A stretch of DNA of 64,000 nucleotides from Leptogorgia sarmentosa (Eukaryota). The first letter of the stretch is position 1; each line of letters opens with the position of its first letter. The notes beneath the pieces were generated by a model. That model was not told where the DNA came from, did not search any database, and saw only the letters and a program-made list of their open reading frames with translations. Below, piece after piece: positions 42,821 to 58,120 of this stretch. A program made the translations under genes and the position numbers. Location of the stretch: the NCBI GenBank assembly GCA_964658305.1, contig OZ210885.1, positions 14,818,001 through 14,882,000 on the forward strand, given 5' to 3'.

Positions 42821-45800
42821 AAGTCTACAACACAAAGTATTCCCAGGTGGTCACCCATCCAAGTACTAACGTTGCCCACCTAGACTTAACTTTGGTGATC
42901 AGACGAGAACCGGTATTTTCCTACTCGTACGGTCGTAGACATTTGTTGATGGAAGTTACACTTTTTAAACGTGTAACAATAACAAAACCCTGAAGTTGAA
43001 ATTGAAAGCAAACCTATTTACAAACACACATACAATAAAATGAAGCAAGTCTACAACACAAAGTATTCCCAGGTAGTCACCCATCCAAGTACTAACTTTG
43101 CCCACCTAGGCTTAACTTCGGTGATCAGACGAGAACCGGTATTTTCCTACTGGTATGGTCGTAGACATTTGTTGATGGAAGTTACACTTTTTAAACGTGT
43201 AACAATAACAAAACCCTGAAGTTGAAATTGAAAGCAAACCTATTTACAAACACACATACAATAAAATGAAGCAAGTCTACAACACAAAGTATTCTCAGGT
43301 GGTCACCCATCCAACTACTAACTTTGCCCACCTAGGCTTAACTTCGGTGATCAGACGAGAACCGGTATTTTCCTACTCGTATGGTCGTAAACATTTGTTG
43401 ATGGAAGTTACACTTTTTAAACGTGTAACAATAACAAAACCCCGAAGTTGAAATTGAAAGTAAACCTATTTACAAACACACATACAATAAAATGAAGCAA
43501 GTCTACAACACAAAGTATTCCCAGGTGGTCACCCATCCAACTACTAACTTTGCCCACCTAGGCTTAACTTCGGTGATCAGACGAGAACCGGTATTTTGCT
43601 ACTCGTACGGTCGTAGACATTTGTTGATGGAAGTTACACTTTTTAAACGTGTAACAATAACAAAACCCTGAAGTTGAAATTGAAAGGAATTATATTTACA
43701 AATAGGCATTAAATAACATTTAGTAAAACAACAATACAAAGTATTTCCAGATGTAGCAATAACAAAATCCCTGAAGTTTACATTGAAAGCAAACCTATTT
43801 ACAAACACACATACAATAAAATGAAGCAAGTCTACAACACAAAGTATTCCCAGGTGGTCACCCAACCAAGTACTAACGTTGCCCACCCAGGCTTAACTTC
43901 GGTGATCAGACGAGAACCGGTATTTTCCTACTTGTATGGTTGTAGACATTTGTTGATGGAAGTTACACTTTTTAAACGTGTAACAATAACAAAACCCTGA
44001 AGTTGAAATTGAAAGCAAACCTATTTACAAACACACATACAATAAAATGAAGCAAGTCTACAACACAAAGTATTCCCAGGTGGTCACCCATCCAACTACT
44101 AACTGTGCCCACCTAGGGTTAACTTCGGTGATCAGACGAGAACCGGTATTTTCCTACTTGTACGGTCATAGACATTTGTTGATGGAAGTTACACTTTTTA
44201 AACATGTAACAATAACAAAACCCTGAAGTTGAAATTGAAAGGAATGATATTTACAAATAGGCATTAAATAACATTTAGCAAAACAACAATACAAAGTATT
44301 TCCAGATGTAGCAATAACAAAATCCCTGAAGTTTACATTGAAAGCAAACCTATTTACAAACACACATACAATAAAATGAAGCAAGTCTACAACACAAAGT
44401 ATTCCCAGGTGGTCACCCATCCAAGTACTAACTTTGCCCACCTAGGCTTAACTTCAGTGATCAGACGAGAACCGGTACTTTCCTACTGGTATCGTCGTAG
44501 ACATTTGTTGATGGAAGTAACACTTTTTAAACATGTAACAATAACAAAACCCTGAAGTTGAAATTGAAAGCAAACCTATTTACAAACACACATACAATAA
44601 AATGAAGCAAGTCTACAACACAAAGTATTCCCAGGTGGTCACCCATCCAAGTGCTAACTTTGCCCACCTAGGCTTAACTTCGGTGATCAGACGAGAACCG
44701 GTATTTTCCTACTGGTATGGTCGTAGAAATTTTTTGATGGAAGTTACACTTTTTAAACATGTAACAATAACAAAACCCTGAAGTTGAAATTGAAAGCAAA
44801 CTATTTACAAACACACATACAATAAAATGAAGCAAGTCTACAACACAAAGTATTCCCAGGTGGTCACCTATCCAACTACTAACTGTGCCCACCTAGGCTT
44901 AACTTCGGTGATCAGACGAGAACCGGTATTTTCCTACTTGTACGGTCATAGACATTTGTTGATGGAAGTTACACTTTTTAAACATGTAACAATAACAAAA
45001 CCCTGAAGTTGAAATTGAAAGCAAACCTATTTACAAACACACATACAATAAAATGAAGCAAGTCTACAACACAAATTATTCCCAGGTGGTCACCCATCCA
45101 ACTACTAACTTTGCCCACCTAGGCTTAACTTCGGTGATCAGACGAGATCCGGTATTTTCCTACTCGTACGGTCGTAGACATCTGTTGATGCAAGTTACAC
45201 TTTTTAAACGTGTAACAATAACAAAACCCTGAAGTTGAAATTGAAAGGAATTATATTTACAAATAGGCATTAAATAACATTTAGGAAAACAACAATACAA
45301 AGTATTTCCAGATGTAGCAATAACAAAATCCCTGCAGTTTACATTGAAAGCAAACCTATTTACAAACACACATACAATAAAATGAAGCAAGTCTACAACA
45401 CAAAGTATTCCCAGGTGGTCACCCATCCAAGTACTAACTTTGCCCACCTAGGCTTAACTTCGGTGATCAAACGAGAACCGGTATTTTCCTACTGGTATGG
45501 TCGTAGACATTTGTTGATGGAAGTTACACTTTTTAAACGTGTAACAATAACAAAACCCTGAAGTTGAAATTCAAAGCAAACCTATTTAAAAACACACATA
45601 CAATAAAATGAAGCAAGTCTACAACACAAAGTATTGCCAGGTAGTCACCCATCCAAGTACTAACTTTGCCCACCTAGGCTTAACTTCGGTGATCAGACGA
45701 GAACCGGTATTTTCCAACTGGTATCGTCGTAGACATTTGTTGATGGAAGTAACACTTTTTAAACGTGTAACAATAACAGAACCCTAAAATTGAAATTGAA

Positions 45801-47196
45801 AGCAAACCTATTTACAAACACACATACAATAAAATGAAGTAAGTCTACAACACAAAGTATTCCCAGGTGGTCACCCATCCAACTACTAACTTTGCCCACC
45901 TAGGCTTAACTTCGGTGATCAGACGAGAACCGGTATTTTCCTACTGGTATGGTCGTATACATTTGTCGATGGAAGTTACACTTTTTAAACGTGTAACAAT
46001 AACAAAACCCTGAAGTTGAAATTGAAAGCAAACCTATTTACAAACACACATACAATAAAATGAAGCAAGTCTACAACACAAAGTATTCCCAGGTGGTCAC
46101 CCATCCAAGTACTAACTTTTCCCACCTAGGCCTATCTTCGGTGATCAAACGAGAACCGGTATTTTCCTACTGGTATGGTTGTAGACATTTGTTGATGGAA
46201 GTTACACTTTTTAAACGTGTAACAATAATAAAACCCTAAAGTTGAAATTGAAAGCAAACCTATTTACAAACACACATACAATAAAATGAAGCAAGTCTAC
46301 AACACAAAGTATTCCCAGGTAGTCACCCATCCAAGTACTAACTTTGCCCACCTAGGCTTAACTTCGGTGATCAGACGAGAACCGGTATTTTCCTACTGGT
46401 ATCCTCGTAGACATTTGTTGATGGAAGTAACACTTTTTAAACGTGTAACAATAATAAAACCCTGAAATTGAAATTGAAAGCAAACCTATTTACAAACACA
46501 CATACAATAAAATGAAGCAAGTCTACAACACAAAGTATTCCCAGGTGGTCACCCATCCAAGTACTAACTTTGCCCACCTAGGCTTAACTTCGGTGATCAG
46601 ACGAGAACCGGTATTTTCCTACTGGTATGGTCGTAGACGTTTGTTGATGGAAGTTACACTTTTTAAACGTGTAACAATAACAAAACCCTGAAGTTGAAAT
46701 TGAAAGCAAACCTATTTACAAACACACATACAATAAAATGAAGCAAGTCTACAACACAAAGTATTCCCAGGTGGTCACCCATCCAAGTACTAACTTTGCC
46801 CACCTAGGCTTAACTTCGGTGATCAGACGAGAACCAGTATTTTCCTACTGGTATGGTCGCAGACATTAGTTGATAGAAGTTACACTTTTTAAACGTGTAA
46901 CAATAACAAAACCCTGAAGTTGAAATTGAAAGCAAACCTATTTACAAACACACATACAATAAAATGAAGCAAGTCTACAACACAAAGTATTCCCAGGTGG
47001 TCACCCATCCAAGTACTAACTTTTCCCACCTAGGCTTAACTTCGGTGATCAGACGAGAACCGGTATTTTCCTACTGGTATGGTCGCAGACATTAGTTGAT
47101 AGAAGTTACACTTTTTAAACGTGTAACAATAACAAAACCCTGAAGTTGAAATTGAAAGGAAACCTATTTACAAACACACATACAATAAAATGAAGC

Positions 47197-47360
47197 AAGT
47201 CTACAACACAAAGTATTCCCAGGTGGTCACCCATCCAAGTACTAACTTTTCCCACCTAGGCTTAACTTCGGTGATCAGACGAGAACTAACTTTTCCCACC
47301 TAGGCTTAACTTCGGTGATCAGACGAGAACCGGTATTTTCCTACTCCTACGGTCGTAGAC
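47197..47360 (-). pseudogene. 5S copy with a 44-bp internal tandem duplication (nt 33-76)
   Basis: 47241-47284 is repeated at 47285-47328. Confidence 0.85.
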
Positions 47361-48021
47361 ATTTGTTGATGGAAGTTACACTTTTTAAACGTGTAACAAT
47401 AACAAAACCCTGAAGTTGAAATTGAAAGGAATGATATTTACAAATAGGTATTAAATAACATTTAGCAAAACAACAATACAAAGTATTTCCAGATGTAGCA
47501 ATAACAAAATCCCTGAAGTTTACATTGAAAGCAAACCTATTTACAAACACACATACAATAAAATGAAGCAAGTCTACAACACAAAGTATTCCCAGGCGGT
47601 CACCCATCCAACTACTAACTGTGCCCACCTAGGGTTAATTTCGGTGATCAGACGAGAACCGGTACTTTCCTACTGGTATCGTCGTAGACATTTGTTGATG
47701 GAAGTAACACTTTTTAAACATGTAACAATAACAAAACCCTGAAGTTGAAATTGAAAGCAAACCTATTTACAAACACACATACAATAAAATGAAGCAAGTC
47801 TACAACACAAAGTATTCCCAGGTGGTCACCCATCCAACTACTAACTTTGCCCACCTAGGCTTAACTTCGGTGATCAGACGAGAACCGGTATTTTCCTACT
47901 CGTATGGTCGTAAACATTTGTTGATGGAAGTTACACTTTTTAAACGTGTAACAATAACTAAACCCCGAAGTTGAAATTGAAAGCAAACCTATTTACAAAC
48001 ACACATACAATAAAATGAAGC

Positions 48022-48166
48022 AAGTCTACAACACAAAGTATTCCCAGGTGGTCACCCATCCAACTACTAACTGTGGTCACCCATCCAACTACTAACTTTG
48101 CCCACCTAGGCTTAACTTCGGTGATCAGACGAGAACCGGTATTTTCCTACTCGTACGGTCGTAGAC
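48022..48166 (-). pseudogene. 5S copy with a 25-bp internal tandem duplication (nt 70-94)
   Basis: gtggtcacccatccaactactaact at 48048-48072 and again at 48073-48097. Confidence 0.85.
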
Positions 48167-49399
48167 ATTTGTTGATGGAAGTTACACTTTTTAAACGTGT
48201 AACAATAACAAAACCCTGAAGTTGAAATTGAAAGGAATTATATTTACAAATAGGCATTAAATAACATTTAGTAAAACAACAATACAAAGTATATCCAGAT
48301 GTAGCAATAGCAAAATCCCTGAAGTTTACATTGAAAGCAAACCTATTTACAAACACACATACAATAAAATGAAGCAAGTCTACAACACAAAGTATTCCCA
48401 GGTGGTCACCCATCCAAGTACTAACTTTGCCCACCTAGGCTTAACTTCAGTGATCAGACGAGAACCGGTACTTTCCTACTGGTATCGTCGTAGACATTTG
48501 TTGATGGAAGTAACACTTTTTAAACATGTAACAATAACAAAACCCTGAAGTTGAAATTGAAAGCAAACCTATTTACAAACACACATACAATAAAATGAAG
48601 CAAGTCTAGAACACAAAGTATTCCCAGGTGGTCACCCATCCAACTACTAACTTTGCCCACCTAGGCTTAACTTCGGTGATCAGACGAGAACCGGTATTTT
48701 CCTACTGGTATGGTCGTATACATTTGTCGATGGAAGTTACACTTTTTAAACGTGTAACAATAACAAAACCCTGAAGTTGAAATTGAAAGCAAACCTATTT
48801 ACAAACACACATACAATAAAATGAAGCAAGTCTACAACACAAAGTATTCCCAGGTGGTCACCCATCCAAGTACTAACTTTTCCCACCTAGGCCTATCTTC
48901 GGTGATCAAACGAGAACCGGTATTTTCCTACTGGTATGGTTGTAGACATTTGTTGATGGAAGTTACACTTTTTAAACGTGTAACAATAATAAAACCCTAA
49001 AGTTGAAATTGAAAGCAAACCTATTTACAAACACACATACAATAAAATGAAGCAAGTCTACAACACAAAGTATTCCCAGGTAGTCACCCATCCAAGTACT
49101 AACTTTGCCCACCTAGGCTTAACTTCGGTGATCAGACGAGAACCGGTATTTTCCTACTGGTATCCTCGTAGACATTTGTTGATGGAAGTAACACTTTTTA
49201 AACGTGTAACAATAATAAAACCCTGAAATTGAAATTGAAAGCAAACCTATTTACAAACACACATACAATAAAATGAAGCAAGTCTACAACACAAAGTATT
49301 CCCAGGTGGTCACCCATCCAAGTACTAACTTTGCCCACCTAGGCTTAACTTCGGTGATCAGACGAGAACCGGTATTTTCCTACTCGTACGGTCGTAGAC

Positions 49400-52300
49400 A
49401 TTTGTTGATGGAAGTTACACTTTTTAAACGTGTAACAATAACAAAACCCTGAAGTTGAAATTGAAAGGAATTATATTTACAAATAGGCATTAAATAACAT
49501 TTAGTAAAACAACAATACAAAGTATATCCAGATGTAGCAATAGCAAAATCCCTGAAGTTTACATTGAAAGCAAACCTATTTACAAACACACATACAATAA
49601 AATGAAGCAAGTCTACAACACAAAGTATTCCCAGGTGGTCACCCATCCAAGTACCAACTTTGCCCACCTAGGCTTAACTTCAGTGATCAGACGAGAACCG
49701 GTACTTTCCTACTGGTATCGTCGTAGACATTTGTTGATGGAAGTAACACTTTTTAAACATGTAACAATAACAAAACCCTGAAGTTGAAATTGAAAGCAAA
49801 CCTATTTACAAACACACATACAATAAAATGAAGCAAGTCTACAACACAAAGTATTCCCAGGTGGTCACCCATCCAACTACTAACTTTGCCCACCTAGGCT
49901 TAACTTCGGTGATCAGACGAGAACCGGTATTTTCCTACTCGTATGGTCGTAAACATTTGTTGATGGAAGTTACACTTTTTAAACGTGTAACAATAACAAA
50001 ACCCCGAAGTTGAAATTGAAAGCAAACCTATTTACAAACACACATACAATAAAATGAAGCAAGTCTACAACACAAAGTATTCCCAGGTGGTCACCCATCC
50101 AACTACTAACTTTGCCCACCTAGGCTTAACTTCGGTGATCAGACGAGAACCGGTATTTTCCTACTCGTACGGTCGTAGACATTTGTTGATGGAAGTTACA
50201 CTTTTTAAACGTGTAACAATAACAAAACCCTGAAGTTGAAATTGAAAGGAATTATATTTACAAATAGGCATTAAATAACATTTAGTAAAACAACAATACA
50301 AAGTATATCCAGATGTAGCAATAACAAAATCCCTGAAGTTTACATTGAAAGCAAACCTATTTACAAACACACATACAATAAAATGAAGCAAGTCTACAAC
50401 ACAAAGTATTCCCAGGTGGTCACCCATCCAAGTACTAACGTTGCCCACCTAGGCTTAACTTCGGTGATCAGACGAGAACCGGTATTTTCCTACTGGTATG
50501 GTTGTAGACATTTGTTGATGAAAGTTACACTTTTTAAACGTGTAACAATAACAAAACCCTGAAGTTGAAATTGAAAGCAAACCTATTTACAAACACACAT
50601 ACAATAAAATGAAGCAAGTCTACAACACAAAGTATTCCCAGGTAGTCACCCATCCAAGTACTAACTTTGCCCACCTAGGCTTAACTTCGGTGATCAGACG
50701 AGAACCGGTATTTTCCTAGTGGTATGGTCGTAGCCATTTGTTGATGGAAGTTACACTTTTTAAACATGTAACAATAACAAAACCCTGAAGTTGAAATTGA
50801 AAGCAAACCTATTTACAAACACACATACAATAAAATGAAGCAAGTCTACAACACAAAGTATTCCCAGGTGGTCACCCATCCAAGTACTAACTTTGCCCAC
50901 CTAGGCTTAACTTCGGTGATCAGACGAGAACCGGTATTTTCCTACTGGTATGGTCGTAGACATTTGTTGATGCAAGTTACACTTTTTAAATTTGTAACAA
51001 TAACAAAACCCTGAAGTTGAAATTGAAAGCAAACCTATTTACAAACACACATACAATGAAATGAAGCAAGTCTACAACACAAAGTATTGCCAGGTAGTCA
51101 CCCATCCAAGTACTAACTTTGCCCACCTAGGCTTAACTTCGGTGATCAGACGAGAACCGTTATTTTCCTACTGGTATGGTCGTAGACATTTGTTGATGGA
51201 AGTTACACTTTTTAAACGTGTAACAATAACAAAACCCTGAAGTTGAAATTGAAAGGAAACCTATTTACAAACACACATACAATAAAATGAAGCAAGTCTA
51301 CAACACAAAGTATTCCCAGGTGGTCACCCATCCAAGTACTAACGTTGCCCTCCTAGGCTTAACTTCGGTGATCAGACGAGAACCGGTATTTTCCTACTCG
51401 TACGGTCGTAGACATTTGTTGATGGAAGTTACACTTTTTAAACGTGTAACAATAACAAAACCCTGAAGTTGAAATTGAAAGGAATTATATTTACAAATAG
51501 GCATTAAATAACATTTAGTAAAACAACAATACAAAGTATTTCCAGATGTAGCAATAACAAAATCCCTGAAGTTTACATTGAAAGCAAACCTATTTACAAA
51601 CACACATACAATAAAATGAAGCAAGTCTACAACACAAAGTATTCCCAGGTGGTCACCCATCCAAGTACTAACGTTGCCCACCTAGGCTTAACTTTGGTGA
51701 TCAGACGAGAACCGGTATTTTCCTACTCGTACGGTCGTAGACATTTGTTGATGGAAGTTACACTTTTTAAATGTGTAACAATAACAAAACCCTGAAGTTG
51801 AAATTGAAAGCAAACCTATTCACAAACACACATACAATAAAATGAAGCAAGGCTACAACACAAAGTATTCCCAGGTAGTCACCCATCCAAGTACTAACTT
51901 TGCCCACCTAGGCTTAACTTCGGTGATCAGACTAGAACCGGTATTTTCCTACTGGTATGGTCGTAGACATTTGTTGATGGAAGTTACACTTTTTAAACGT
52001 GTAAAAATAACAAAACCCTGAAGTTGAAATTGAAAGCAAACCTATTTACAAACACACATACAATAAAATGAAGCAAGTCTACAACACAAAGTATTCTCAG
52101 GTGGTCACCCATCCAACTACTAACTTTGCCCACCTAGGCTTAACTTCGGTGATCAGACGATAACCGGTATTTTCCTACTCGTATGGTCGTAAACATTTGT
52201 TGATGGAAGTTACACTTTTTAAACGTGTAACAATAACAAAACCCCGAAGTTGAAATTGAAAGCAAACCTATTTACAAACACACATACAATAAAATGAAGC

Positions 52301-55300
52301 AAGTCTACAACACAAAGTATTCCCAGGTGGTCACCCATCCAACTACTAACTTTGCCCACCTAGGCTTAACTTCGGTGATCAGACGAGAACCGGTATTTTC
52401 CTACTCGTACGGACGTAGACATTTGTTGATGGAAGTTACACTTTTTAAACGTGTAACAATAACAAAACCCTGAAGTTGAAATTGAAAGGAATTATATTTA
52501 CAAATAGGCATTAAATAACATTTAGTAAAACAACAATACAAAGTATATCCAGATGTAGCAATAGCAAAATCCCTGAAGTTTACATTGAAAGCAAACCTAT
52601 TTACAAACACACATACAATAAAATGAAGCAAGTCTACAACACAAAGTATTCCCAGGTGGTCACCCATCCAAGTACTAACTTTGCCCACCTAGGCTTAACT
52701 TCAGTGATCAGACGAGAACCGGTACTTTCCTACTGGTATCGTCGTAGACATTTGTTGATGGAAGTAACACTTTTTAAACATGTAACAATAACAAAACCCT
52801 GAAGTTGAAATTGAAAGCAAACCTATTTACAAACACACATACAATAAAATGAAGCAAGTCTAGAACACAAAGTATTCCCAGGTGGTCACCCATCCAACTA
52901 CTAACTTTGCCCACCTAGGCTTAACTTCGGTGATCAGACGAGAACCGGTATTTTCCTACTCGTATGGTCGTAAACATTTGTTGATGGAAGTTACACTTTT
53001 TAAACGTGTAACAATAACAAAACCCCGAAGTTGAAATTGAAAGCAAACCTATTTACAAACACACATACAATAAAATGAAGCAAGTCTACAACACAAAGTA
53101 TTCCCAGGTGGTCACCCATCCAACTACTAACTTTGCCCACCTAGGCTTAACTTCGGTGATCAGACGAGAACCGGTATTTTCCTACTCGTACGGTCGTAGA
53201 CATTTGTTGATGGAAGTTACACTTTTTAAACGTGTAACAATAACAAAACCCTGAAGTTGAAATTGAAAGGAATTATATTTACAAATAGGCATTAAATAAC
53301 ATTTAGTAAAACAACAATACAAAGTATATCCAGATGTAGCAATAACAAAATCCCTGAAGTTTACATTGAAAGCAAACCTATTTACAAACACACATACAAT
53401 AAAATGAAGCAAGTCTACAACACAAAGTATTCCCAGGTGGTCACCCATCCAAGTACTAACGTTGCCCACCTAGGCTTAACTTCGGTGATCAGACGAGAAC
53501 CGGTATTTTCCTACTGGTATGGTTGTAGACATTTGTTGATGAAAGTTACACTTTTTAAACGTGTAACAATAACAAAACCCTGAAGTTGAAATTGAAAGCA
53601 AACCTATTTACAAACACACATACAATAAAATGAAGCAAGTCTACAACACAAAGTATTCCCAGGTAGTCACCCATCCAAGTACTAACTTTGCCCACCTAGG
53701 CTTAACTTCGGTGATCAGACGAGAACCGATATTTTCCTAGTGGTATGGTCGTAGCCATTTGTTGATGGAAGTTACACTTTTTAAACATGTAACAATAACA
53801 AAACCCTGAAGTTGAAATTGAAAGCAAACCTATTTACAAACACACATACAATAAAATGAAGCAAGTCTACAACACAAAGTATTCCCAGGTGGTCACCCAT
53901 CCAAGTACTAACTTTGCCCACCTAGGCTTAACTTCGGTGATCAGACGAGAACCGGTATTTTCCTACTGGTATGGTCGTAGACATTTGTTGATGCAAGTTA
54001 CACTTTTTAAATTTGTAACAATAACAAAACCCTGAAGTTGAAATTGAAAGCAAACCTATTTACAAACACACATACAATGAAATGAAGCAAGTCTACAACA
54101 CAAAGTATTGCCAGGTAGTCACCCATCCAAGTACTAACTTTGCCCACCTAGGCTTAACTTCGGTGATCAGACGAGAACCGTTATTTTCCTACTGGTATGG
54201 TCGTAGACATTTGTTGATGGAAGTTACACTTTTTAAACGTGTAACAATAACAAAACCCTGAAGTTGAAATTGAAAGCAAACCTATTTACAAACACACATA
54301 CAATAAAATGAAGCAAGTCTACAACACAAAGTATTCCCAGGTGGTCACCCATCCAAGTACTAACGTTGCCCTCCTAGGCTTAACTTCGGTGATCAGACGA
54401 GAACCGGTATTTTCCTACTCGTACGGTCGTAGACATTTGTTGATGGAAGTTACACTTTTTAAACGTGTAACAATAACAAAACCCTGAAGTTGAAATTGAA
54501 AGGAATTATATTTACAAATAGGCATTAAATAACATTTAGTAAAACAACAATACAAAGTATTTCCAGATGTAGCAATAACAAAATCCCTGAAGTTTACATT
54601 GAAAGCAAACCTATTTACAAACACACATACAATAAAATGAAGCAAGTCTACAACACAAAGTATTCCCAGGTGGTCACCCATCCAAGTACTAACGTTGCCC
54701 ACCTAGGCTTAACTTTGGTGATCAGACGAGAACCGGTATTTTCCTACTCGTACGGTCGTAGACATTTGTTGATGGAAGTTACACTTTTTAAATGTGTAAC
54801 AATAACAAAACCCTGAAGTTGAAATTGAAAGCAAACCTATTTACAAACACACATACAATAAAATGAAGCAAGTCTACAACACAAAGTATTCCCAGGTAGT
54901 CACCCATCCAAGTACTAACTTTGCCCACCTAGGCTTAACTTCGGTGATCAGACTAGAACCGGTATTTTCCTACTGGTATGGTCGTAGACATTTGTTGATG
55001 GAAGTTACACTTTTTAAACGTGTAAAAATAACAAAACCCTGAAGTTGAAATTGAAAGCAAACCTATTTACAAACACACATACAATAAAATGAAGCAAGTC
55101 TACAACACAAAGTATTCTCAGGTGGTCACCCATCCAACTACTAACTTTGCCCACCTAGGCTTAACTTCGGTGATCAGACGAGAACCGGTATTTTCCTACT
55201 CGTATGGTCGTAAACATTTGTTGATGGAAGTTACACTTTTTAAACGTGTAACAATAACAAAACCCCGAAGTTGAAATTGAAAGCAAACCTATTTACAAAC

Positions 55301-58120
55301 ACACATACAATAAAATGAAGCAAGTCTACAACACAAAGTATTCCCAGGTGGTCACCCATCCAACTACTAACTTTGCCCACCTAGGCTTAACTTCGGTGAT
55401 CAGACGAGAACCGGTATTTTCCTACTCGTACGGACGTAGACATTTGTTGATGGAAGTTACACTTTTTAAACGTGTAACAATAACAAAACCCTGAAGTTGA
55501 AATTGAAAGGAATTATATTTACAAATAGGCATTAAATAACATTTAGTAAAACAACAATACAAAGTATTTCCAGATGTAGCAATAACAAAATCCCTGAAGT
55601 TTACATTGAAAGCAAACCTATTTACAAACACACATACAATAAAATGAAGCAAGTCTACAACACAAAGTATTCCCAGGTGGTCACCCATCCAAGTACTAAC
55701 GTTGCCCACCTAGGCTTAACTTTGGTGATCAGACGAGAACCGGTATTTTCCTACTCGTACGGTCGTAGACATTTGTTGATGGAAGTTACACTTTTTAAAC
55801 GTGTAACAATAACAAAACCCTGAAGTTGAAATTGAAAGCAAACCTATTTACAAACACACATACAATAAAATGAAGCAAGTCTACAACACAAAGTATTCCC
55901 AGGTAGTCACCCATCCAAGTACTAACTTTGCCCACCTAGGCTTAACTTCGGTGATCAGACGAGAACCGATATTTTCCTAGTGGTATGGTCGTAGCCATTT
56001 GTTGATGGAAGTTACACTTTTTAAACATGTAACAATAACAAAACCCTGAAGTTGAAATTGAAAGCAAACCTATTTACAAACACACATACAATAAAATGAA
56101 GCAAGTCTACAACACAAAGTATTCCCAGGTGGTCACCCATCCAAGTACTAACTTTGCCCACCTAGGCTTAACTTCGGTGATCAGACGAGAACCGGTATTT
56201 TCCTACTGGTATGGTCGTAGACATTTGTTGATGCAAGTTACACTTTTTAAATTTGTAACAATAACAAAACCCTGAAGTTGAAATTGAAAGCAAACCTATT
56301 TACAAACACACATACAATGAAATGAAGCAAGTCTACAACACAAAGTATTGCCAGGTAGTCACCCATCCAAGTACTAACTTTGCCCACCTAGGCTTAACTT
56401 CGGTGATCAGACGAGAACCGTTATTTTCCTACTGGTATGGTCGTAGACATTTGTTGATGGAAGTTACACTTTTTAAACGTGTAACAATAACAAAACCCTG
56501 AAGTTGAAATTGAAAGCAAACCTATTTACAAACACACATACAATAAAATGAAGCAAGTCTACAACACAAAGTATTCCCAGGTGGTCACCCATCCAAGTAC
56601 TAACGTTGCCCTCCTAGGCTTAACTTCGGTGATCAGACGAGAACCGGTATTTTCCTACTCGTACGGTCGTAGACATTTGTTGATGGAAGTTACACTTTTT
56701 AAACGTGTAACAATAACAAAACCCTGAAGTTGAAATTGAAAGGAATTATATTTACAAATAGGCATTAAATAACATTTAGTAAAACAACAATACAAAGTAT
56801 TTCCAGATGTAGCAATAACAAAATCCCTGAAGTTTACATTGAAAGCAAACCTATTTACAAACACACATACAATAAAATGAAGCAAGTCTACAACACAAAG
56901 TATTCCCAGGTGGTCACCCATCCAAGTACTAACGTTGCCCACCTAGGCTTAACTTTGGTGATCAGACGAGAACCGGTATTTTCCTACTCGTACGGTCGTA
57001 GACATTTGTTGATGGAAGTTACACTTTTTAAATGTGTAACAATAACAAAACCCTGAAGTTGAAATTGAAAGCAAACCTATTTACAAACACACATACAATA
57101 AAATGAAGCAAGTCTACAACACAAAGTATTCCCAGGTAGTCACCCATCCAAGTACTAACTTTGCCCACCTAGGCTTAACTTCGGTGATCAGACTAGAACC
57201 GGTATTTTCCTACTGGTATGGTCGTAGACATTTGTTGATGGAAGTTACACTTTTTAAACGTGTAAAAATAACAAAACCCTGAAGTTGAAATTGAAAGCAA
57301 ACCTATTTACAAACACACATACAATAAAATGAAGCAAGTCTACAACACAAAGTATTCTCAGGTGGTCACCCATCCAACTACTAACTTTGCCCACCTAGGC
57401 TTAACTTCGGTGATCAGACGAGAACCGGTATTTTCCTACTCGTATGGTCGTAAACATTTGTTGATGGAAGTTACACTTTTTAAACGTGTAACAATAACAA
57501 AACCCCGAAGTTGAAATTGAAAGCAAACCTATTTACAAACACACATACAATAAAATGAAGCAAGTCTACAACACAAAGTATTCCCAGGTGGTCACCCATC
57601 CAACTACTAACTTTGCCCACCTAGGCTTAACTTCGGTGATCAGACGAGAACCGGTATTTTCCTACTCGTACGGACGTAGACATTTGTTGATGGAAGTTAC
57701 ACTTTTTAAACGTGTAACAATAACAAAACCCTGAAGTTGAAATTGAAAGGAATTATATTTACAAATAGGCATTAAATAACATTTAGTAAAACAACAATAC
57801 AAAGTATTTCCAGATGTAGCAATAACAAAATCCCTGAAGTTTACATTGAAAGCAAACCTATTTACAAACACACATACAATAAAATGAAGCAAGTCTACAA
57901 CACAAAGTATTCCCAGGTGGTCACCCATCCAAGTACTAACGTTGCCCACCTAGGCTTAACTTTGGTGATCAGACGAGAACCGGTATTTTCCTACTCGTAC
58001 GGTCGTAGACATTTGTTGATGGAAGTTACACTTTTTAAACGTGTAACAATAACAAAACCCTGAAGTTGAAATTGAAAGCAAACCTATTTACAAACACACA
58101 TACAATAAAATGAAGCAAGT
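49400..58120. repeat. Higher-order repeat domain 3: overlapping 3021-bp (12-gene) and 2240-bp (9-gene) duplications
   Basis: Marker actagaacc at 51931, 54952 and 57192; ctcctagg near 51350, 54371 and 56611; offsets are 3021 then 2240. Confidence 0.88.
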
